Of a stretch of DNA of 5,013 bases, positions 1 to 5,013 are shown in pieces. Every line of letters begins with the position of its first letter. Positions within the stretch are counted from its first letter, which is position 1. Source of the DNA: Octopus sinensis (lineage: Eukaryota); contig NW_021830224.1 in the NCBI RefSeq assembly GCF_006345805.1, positions 1-5,013 on the forward strand, given 5' to 3'. The notes under the pieces were generated by a model. That model did not search any database. It saw only the letters and a program-made list of their open reading frames with translations, and was not told the DNA's origin. Both the position numbers and the translations under genes were made by a program.

Positions 1-24
1 TATACAAGGACAACCAGCTACTAC

Positions 25-198
25 CTAGCTTGACGTGTTTTTTTGAAGGACAGCAAGCTACCAGGACTTTCGGTCCTCTGTCATCCACGCTGTGAGTCCC
101 AACGTCCATAGATCCTTTCTCACCAATTCGTTCCACGTCTTCCTTGGCCTACCCCTTCCTCGTGATCCCTCTACAATTTGAGATCGTCACCTCTTGAT
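25..198 (-). mobile_element. Decayed 3' fragment of an RTE-clade non-LTR retrotransposon ORF (pseudogenic)
   Basis: Manual minus-strand translation gives IKR*RSQIVEGSRGRGRPRKTWNELVRKDLWTLGLTAWMTEDRKSW*LAVLQKNTSS*. The GxRxRGRPRKTW...DL..LGL.....DR..W pattern is typical of the C-terminus of RTE/BovB-type ORFs. In-frame stops at 187-189 and 58-60. Confidence 0.85.
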
Positions 199-202
199 AT
201 GT

Positions 203-266
203 GTATGTATGTATGTATGTATGTATGTATGTATGTATGTATGTATGTATGTATGTATGTATGTAT
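203..266 (+). repeat. Perfect (GTAT)16 microsatellite
   Basis: 16 uninterrupted GTAT units, abutting the truncated 5' side of the RTE fragment. Confidence 0.97.
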
Positions 267-572
267 GAAGGTATGTCATTGTTCAGTTTTATTTCAAGAT
301 TTCTTGTCTATACAGTAGGAGCCGGTTTCTAATAAGATTCAAGATTCATTCATTGGAATTTCAGCATCAACAACGTGTTTTTGTATTTCATGTATGGTAC
401 GTATGTATATATATATATGCAGATTTGTATGCTTTGTTTTATGTGTGTATTCTAATGCATATAGCTGCATATCTAGACATGTTCATATATATTTAAATGA
501 CAAACTTATGGGAAGTTTTACAGTTCCGGTGATGGACTGTGTCTGTAGTCTTCGAATTAGCTTTCTTATTTC

Positions 573-641
573 TGGTTTTTAGAGGCCTAATTTCTCAGGA
601 TTGGTTTTTAGAGGCCTAATTTCTCAGGATTGGTTTTTAGA
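573..641 (+). repeat. Exact 29-bp tandem repeat, about 2.4 copies
   Basis: TGGTTTTTAGAGGCCTAATTTCTCAGGAT at 573-601 and 602-630, plus partial TGGTTTTTAGA at 631-641; no mismatches. Confidence 0.95.
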
Positions 642-825
642 CAATGTTACATATCTGAGGCCACAATAATTTAGGCAGTCTCAATAATTATAGGCATAAA
701 TCTGAACTTGTAAACTGGATAGAGTAACTGTATATATGTATGTATGTATTATTAAGGGCCGGTGATATGCAGGAGACTGACAGGGACAGCAATGCCTGTC
801 ATCGCCACAGATGGAGTATATATGT

Positions 826-986
826 GACAGGGGTATTTCCGGTTTCCGATGGTTACATCCACCCACAAGCCTTTTGTCGGCCCGAAGCTGCAATTTAAAT
901 ACAGTTGCCCATGGTCACATGCAGTGGGACTGAACCTGGAAGCATGTGGTTGCGAAGAAAGCTTCTTACCACACGACCCAGTCTGC
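826..986 (-). mobile_element. Diverged tRNA-derived SINE head/core (family 1), 3' module absent
   Basis: The reverse complement aligns without gaps to 1286-1430 at about 107/145 identity (hand count). It retains GTGTGGTAAG, the B box GGTTCAGTCC, TCGGGCCGAC and CGGAAAC. Confidence 0.88.
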
Positions 987-1034
987 GACAGCTTAAATAT
1001 ATCTTTATACTAATCTTCATCTTTACCTCAGCAA

Positions 1035-1217
1035 TATATGCGTGTATGTGTGCATGTGTGTGATTATGCATGTGTATATGTTATTGAGTATGCGTCTGCG
1101 TGTGTGTGCGTGTGCCCATGCATGTGCGTGTGCCCATGCATGTGTGTATGTATGTGTGTGGGTGCCTGTGTGTGTATGTTTGAACGTGTGTGTGTGTGTG
1201 TGTAGTTTGAACGTGTG
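1035..1217 (+). repeat. TG/TATG-rich compound low-complexity tract with small duplications
   Basis: Alternating purine-pyrimidine sequence; 18-bp TGCGTGTGCCCATGCATG x2 (1107-1142); 13-bp GTTTGAACGTGTG at 1178-1190 and 1205-1217. Confidence 0.9.
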
Positions 1218-1282
1218 AAGCCAATTTACATTTTCAAAGTTGTTTGAATAGTCATAATTAATTTTTTACTTATATAGTCATA

Positions 1283-1720
1283 GCAGCAGGAGTGGCTGTG
1301 TGGTAAGTAGCTTGCTTACCAACTACATGGTTCCGGGTTCAGTCCAACTGCGTGGCACCTTGGACAAGTGTTTTCTACTATAGCCTCGGGCCGACCGAAG
1401 CCTTGTGAGTGGATTTGGTAGACGGAAACTGAAAGAAACCCGTCATATATATATATGTGTGTGTGCGTGTGTTTATGTGTAGTGTATCTGTCTGTCTGTG
1501 TGTTTGTGTGTACGTGTGTGTGTGTGTGTTTATGTGTCTAGGTTTGTTCCCCCCCCACACACACACACACACCATCACTTGACAACAAATGGTGGCGTGT
1601 CTACGTCCCCGTAACATTAGCTGTTCGGCAAAAGAGACCGATAGACTTGTTCGACAAAAAGGCGGTACTCAAGCATGGCCGCAGTCAAATGACTGAAACA
1701 AATAAAAGGAATAAAAGAAC
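1283..1720 (+). mobile_element. Near full-length tRNA-derived SINE (family 1, octopus-type) with internal microsatellite
   Basis: tRNA-like head with A and B boxes, body to 1444, (TA)/(TG)/(CA) microsatellite about 1445-1572, 3' module with hairpin CAGTCA-AA-TGACTG (1682-1695) and an AATAAAAG-type repeated tail (1701-1720). Resembles tRNA-derived Octopus SINEs (OK/OR1/OR2 group); exact family not assigned. Confidence 0.85.
1293..1345 (+). promoter_or_regulatory. Internal RNA polymerase III type 2 promoter of the SINE (A and B boxes)
   Basis: A-box-like TGGCTGTGTGG (1293-1303) and B-box-like GGTTCAGTCC (1336-1345) at tRNA-like spacing. Confidence 0.75.
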
Positions 1721-1818
1721 GAAAGACTAGTTGTAAACAACGCAAAAGAAATGCAAGATGGTAGAAAAAAAAGACAAAAGTGGGAGACAAATTTGAATAT
1801 TTTTCCCCATACAAACAG

Positions 1819-1868
1819 GTGCAGAATCTTGTAGATGATCAAATCTCAGCAGGTTTTAGTGTTTGCAA
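1819..1868 (+). CDS. Candidate 50-nt internal exon of an unidentified gene (VQNLVDDQISAGFSVC)
   Basis: Preceded by ATATTTTTCCCCATACAAACAG and followed by GTAATT, in unique sequence. Only frame 0 is open, and the peptide has normal composition. No homology recognised. Confidence 0.3.
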
Positions 1869-1984
1869 GTAATTCATCACAAATTTTACATCTTTGTGAG
1901 ATATCTATAGTATTGGTTATCTTTGCAATGCTTACATTTCTAATATCATTATTTATCTTTCGACCTAGATCTAGCTGTATGCAT

Positions 1985-2027
1985 TATATATCTCTATAGA
2001 TATACATGTATGTATATAAACATACAC

Positions 2028-2088
<61 letters not shown>

Positions 2089-2176
2089 AGTGTATATATA
2101 TGTACGTATGTGCGTGTATGTGTATCCGTACGTGTGCGGGGGGTATCTTTGTATATATATATATATATATATATAA
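1985..2176. repeat. Compound (TA)n/(TG)n microsatellite region
   Basis: Pure (TA)22 at 2041-2084 and a further TA run at about 2152-2174. Confidence 0.93.
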
Positions 2177-2374
2177 TTACGTGTTTTGTCTCTCAAAGTA
2201 TATAGCTAATTAAGTTACAACTAAGCATTTAATTAGCTGTGTAAATTAACAAATTTTACCTATATACGTGATGTATAACTGTCAAAGTGTCTGTAAAGAA
2301 ATCTTTGAATATCTGACACGACATAGGCGTGTATGTATGTATTCATATGGCGGGCGTGTAGGACTATGTGTGCG

Positions 2375-2570
2375 TGTATACATACATGTATGTGTACACA
2401 CACAAACACAGACACACACATACACACACATATATATATATATACTTGGAAGTGGATGCGTGGCGTTTAATCATATAATAGTATAAATAATATATATATG
2501 CACATACTTACATATATATGTATGTGTATATATATATATTATATATAATATATATATATATATATATGCC
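2375..2570. repeat. (CA)/(TA) low-complexity tracts
   Basis: CA-rich 2395-2429 and TA-rich 2430-2443 and 2480-2567. Confidence 0.88.
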
Positions 2571-2700
2571 TATATGGGTACAGGACGTCACAAAACGTAG
2601 GCAACATGAAATACCAAACCCACATGAACTACGAAATACGAAACAATGGAATACGCACTTTTGTATGCGAAAAACTGAATCATACACTAATACAAACAGA
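2571..2700 (-). mobile_element. Terminal remnant of a dispersed repeat related to the element at 3981-4244, in the opposite orientation
   Basis: 2571-2600 matches the reverse complement of 4215-4244 at 25/30. AAACCCACATGAACT (2616-2630) resembles AAACCCAAGGAACT (reverse complement of 4172-4185). Right boundary is uncertain. Confidence 0.6.
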
Positions 2701-2710
2701 TACGTATTTT

Positions 2711-2929
2711 ATATTCTGTTATTCTCTAGGCATAAGGCCACAAATTTTGAAGAAGGGGTCAGTCGATTAGATCAATCTTAGTACGCAACTGGTATATTAT
2801 TATTTATCGACCCCGAAAAGATAAAGGGCAAAGTGGACCGCGGCGGAATTTGAACTAAGAACATGAAGATAGTCGAAATACCGCAAAGCATCTCGCCCGG
2901 CGTGCTAACGTTTTGGCCAGCTCGCCGCC
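2711..2929 (-). mobile_element. tRNA-derived SINE family 2, unit A (complete head, tail type 1)
   Basis: Minus strand starts GGCGGCGAGCTGGCCAAAACG (A box 2909-2919), with B box TAGTTCAAATTCC (2845-2857) and central CTTTTCGGGGTCGATAAAT. Tail contains GCCTAGAG. Confidence 0.88.
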
Positions 2930-2941
2930 TTGCGAAGCGGA

Positions 2942-3096
2942 ATATATTTTTCTACTCTAGGCACAAGGCACGAAATTTGGGCGTGGGGAGGGGGGGTCTA
3001 GTCGATCAAATCGATCCAGTATGCAACTGGTACTTAATTTATCGACCCCGAAAGGATGAAAGGCAAAGTCGACCTCGGCGGAATTTGAACTCAGAA
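2942..3096 (-). mobile_element. SINE family 2, unit B (headless, tail type 1)
   Basis: Starts just before the B box (TTCTGAGTTCAAATTCCGCCGAGGTCGACTTTGCCTTTCATCCTTTCGGGGTCGATAAAT); tail shared with unit A (CTCTAGGCA..AAGGC..AAATT on +). Confidence 0.88.
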
Positions 3097-3286
3097 TTTC
3101 TATTATTTCTTTATTGCCATAAGGGGCTAAACATAGAGGGGACAAAGAAGGACAGACAAAGGGATTAAGTCGATTACATCGACCACAGTGTGTAACTGGT
3201 ACTTAATTTATCGACCCCGAAAGGATCAAAGTCAAAGTTGACCTTGGCGGAATTAGAACTCAGAACATAAAGACAGGCGAAATACC
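3097..3286 (-). mobile_element. SINE family 2, unit C (A box missing, tail type 2)
   Basis: Starts at GGTATTTCG between the A and B boxes; tail type 2 (AAGGGGCTAAA..AGAG.GGACAAA.AAGGACAGACAAA.GGATTAAGTCGATTA on +) shared with unit D. Confidence 0.88.
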
Positions 3287-3517
3287 TATTTCTTTACTAC
3301 CCACAAGGGGCTAAAGATAGAGAGGACAAACAAGGACAGACAAACGGATTAAGTCGATTATATTGACCCCAGTGCATAACTGATACTTATTTAATCCACC
3401 TCGAAAGAATGAAAGGCAAAGTCGACCTCGGCGGAAGTTGAACTCAGAACGAAGCAGCAGACGAAATACCACTAAGCATTTCGCCCGGCGTGCTAACGAT
3501 TCTGCCAGCTCGCTGCC
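3287..3517 (-). mobile_element. SINE family 2, unit D (complete head, tail type 2)
   Basis: Minus strand starts GGCAGCGAGCTGGCAGAATCG (A box 3497-3507), with B box GAGTTCAACTTCC (3433-3445). The head is nearly identical to that of unit A. Confidence 0.9.
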
Positions 3518-3729
3518 TTGATGTATATTCCCATTACGTTATGTTCAAACGCTATCTTGTCCTTAACACTGCTCTAATTATATGCAAGTAAGATTTATCA
3601 GAGTTTGTTAGATTGTACGTATAACACATGTGTACATGATAACATATATATTTATATCGATAGATAGATAGAAATGGTAAGAGAACAAAAGAATGAAAGA
3701 GTCCACGATATTATGTAATTAGGGGGATT

Positions 3730-3916
3730 TATCTGTAAATATGATATGTGACGATTGTTCGGTAGCGATGATAAAACTCCGAGTTTCGGATGTCGGGGCG
3801 GAAACCCACGCCGGCATCTCTTCAGTTATCGGGCCATCGAAAAATTGCTATAACATCCGAATCTCGGAGTTTTATCATGGCTACCGAATAATTGTCACAT
3901 ATTATAATTACAGATA
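3730..3916. mobile_element. Foldback/MITE-like element, 187 bp, with 64-bp inverted arms
   Basis: 3730-3793 versus the reverse complement of 3853-3916 matches 58/64 without gaps; 59-bp spacer; both ends are TA dinucleotides. Confidence 0.8.
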
Positions 3917-3978
3917 TATATATATATTTATATAGATAGATATTTTTATGCATATATATATATATATATATATATATA
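3914..3978. repeat. Interrupted (TA)n microsatellite
   Basis: TA runs at about 3914-3934 and 3953-3978. Confidence 0.92.
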
Positions 3979-3980
3979 AT

Positions 3981-4244
3981 CCCTCTGCAAAAAGATCTCA
4001 AATTTTATTTGATTTGCTTTTCGCAGGAAGGAAAGTTTCTTATTGAAGATACGTCTCGCCTTCACCTTCGAAACGTAGAGTAGATGAAACCATGGCGACT
4101 GAAGAAGGGTTTTTTTCTTTGTGTTATTTGTCCTGTACTCTATTTTTTTGTTGTTTAAAAGAAAAATGTCCAGTTCCTTGGGTTTGTATCTATGTTTTCG
4201 TTTCTCATTGTGTTCGACGTTTTTTGGTGTCCTGTACTCATATA
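3981..4244 (+). mobile_element. T-rich dispersed repeat fragment, possibly a Penelope-like element pseudo-LTR
   Basis: Bounded by microsatellites; terminus shared with 2571-2600; internal 12-bp direct repeat TGTCCTGTACTC (4129-4140 and 4228-4239); carries hammerhead core motifs, which Penelope-like pLTRs are known to encode. The class assignment is inference. Confidence 0.45.
4050..4109 (+). ncRNA. Candidate hammerhead-like self-cleaving ribozyme motif with non-canonical strand order
   Basis: UACGUC^UCGCC (4050-4060), UUC-GAAACGUA (4067-4077) and GGCGA-CUGAAGA-AGGG (4094-4109). Helix I UCGCC/GGCGA and helix III UACGU/ACGUA are perfect 5-bp pairs directly adjacent to the core motifs; helix II is weak. 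Confidence 0.45.
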
Positions 4245-4387
4245 TGCGTGTATATATACATGTAGAGGTAGGTACGTACATATATGTATATATATATATG
4301 CATATGTTTTATTTATTAATATATATATATATAATATATATATAATATATATATATATATTATATGTATAACATACATATAAATATA

Positions 4388-4424
<37 letters not shown>

Positions 4425-4752
4425 AACATACATATAAATATTATATATATAAATATATATATAGTATATATATATATATATATATATTTCTTTATATGCG
4501 TGTGTGTATGTGAGTAGATATGTGTATGTATATCTATGTATCTGCGTGTACATATGCGTGTGTATATTATGTGCAGATACGATTGTATATATGCAGGCGC
4601 AAATATCTGTCATATATGTGCAGAAATACATATATATAACACGCATGCGCACATGCATGCATACACACATAGACGGATAGACTTGCACGTGTGTGTGTAT
4701 GTATGTGTGTATTTGTGTGTGTTTGTGTATGTGTGTGGGGGGTTTTGTGTGT
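4245..4752. repeat. Long degenerate AT/TG low-complexity microsatellite region
   Basis: Almost pure A/T dinucleotide-type sequence at about 4310-4495, grading into TG/TATG-rich sequence. Confidence 0.93.
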
Positions 4753-4801
4753 ATTTACTTGAAGTCACAGAAGGTGTCGTTCTAAGTAAACTGTTTTTCA
4801 G

Positions 4802-4816
4802 CCAGCCAAGCATAGG
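4802..4816 (+). other. Candidate 15-nt microexon
   Basis: CTAAG branch-like motif (4782-4786), TGTTTTTCAG acceptor, CCAGCCAAGCATAGG, then donor GTAAGA at 4817. Confidence 0.22.
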
Positions 4817-5013
4817 GTAAGACTAACAAATCAGAAAGGCCACACACACACACACCACACACACAGCCCAGATTTCGATAAATATTAAATAAATATTGAT
4901 CTATATAGCCGTATCGTGTACTTTCTTTCGCTTTATAGCGCCTCACACAAGTGTGACATTACAATTTGACTCTATTGCATATACATATATAATCATACGT
5001 ACGGGCTTACACG

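Noticed and set aside
6-61. 14/16 direct repeat AAGGACA.C.AGCTAC (6-21 and 46-61)
   Set aside because: Short, at the window edge, within or next to the RTE 3' end; its significance cannot be assessed.
268-276. GAAG|GTATGT splice-donor-like motif
   Set aside because: Directly preceded by the GTAT microsatellite with no exon; it is probably a derivative of that repeat.
1286-1360. tRNA gene
   Set aside because: It has A and B boxes but no convincing cloverleaf or acceptor stem, and it continues into a SINE body with a diverged second copy.
1877-2004. Small palindromes TCACAAA/TTTGTGA, CTAGATCTAG and TATATCT/AGATATA
   Set aside because: Expected by chance in AT-rich, low-complexity DNA.
2711-3517. 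CRISPR-like array of repeats with palindromes
   Set aside because: Units are 150-230 bp homologous bodies with Pol III boxes and no unique spacers, in a eukaryotic context.
4043-4084. Alternative reading as a standard minimal type I hammerhead (UUGAAGA...GAAAC-GUA)
   Set aside because: The core C3 is U, helix II is not evident, and the sequence after GUA does not pair with that before UUGAAGA.
394-4820. All ORFs in the supplied six-frame track
   Set aside because: They are translations of microsatellites (YI/HT/VC repeats) or of SINE, MITE and other repeat sequence (e.g. 2863-3168, 3741-3935, 3946-4281), with no recognisable domains.
4943-4956. TCACAC-AA-GTGTGA palindrome resembling a bacterial regulator site
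   Set aside because: Eukaryotic context; short and CA/TG-biased, so likely chance.
4919-5013. Strong polypyrimidine tract + TAG acceptor at 4938
   Set aside because: No donor is visible within the window. The frame compatible with the upstream candidate exon stops after 9 codons. It cannot be supported.

Overview
This is eukaryotic, AT-rich, repeat-dominated DNA with no intact gene, most likely intronic or intergenic. The SINE types and very high microsatellite density suggest an octopus or other coleoid cephalopod (inferred from my recollection of such repeats, not from a search). Left to right: a decayed RTE-clade LINE 3' fragment (- strand); a (GTAT)16 tract; an exact 29-bp tandem duplication; a divergently oriented pair of one tRNA-derived SINE family; and a four-unit concatemer of a second tRNA-derived SINE (2711-3517), whose middle two units lack heads. 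Then come a 187-bp foldback/MITE-like element with 64-bp inverted arms and a T-rich dispersed repeat. That repeat contains all hammerhead-ribozyme core motifs with matching helices, but in a strand order that is not a standard circular permutation (4050-4109); this is the most interesting signal. Two weak candidate small exons lie in the unique sequence. All ORFs in the supplied track appear spurious.
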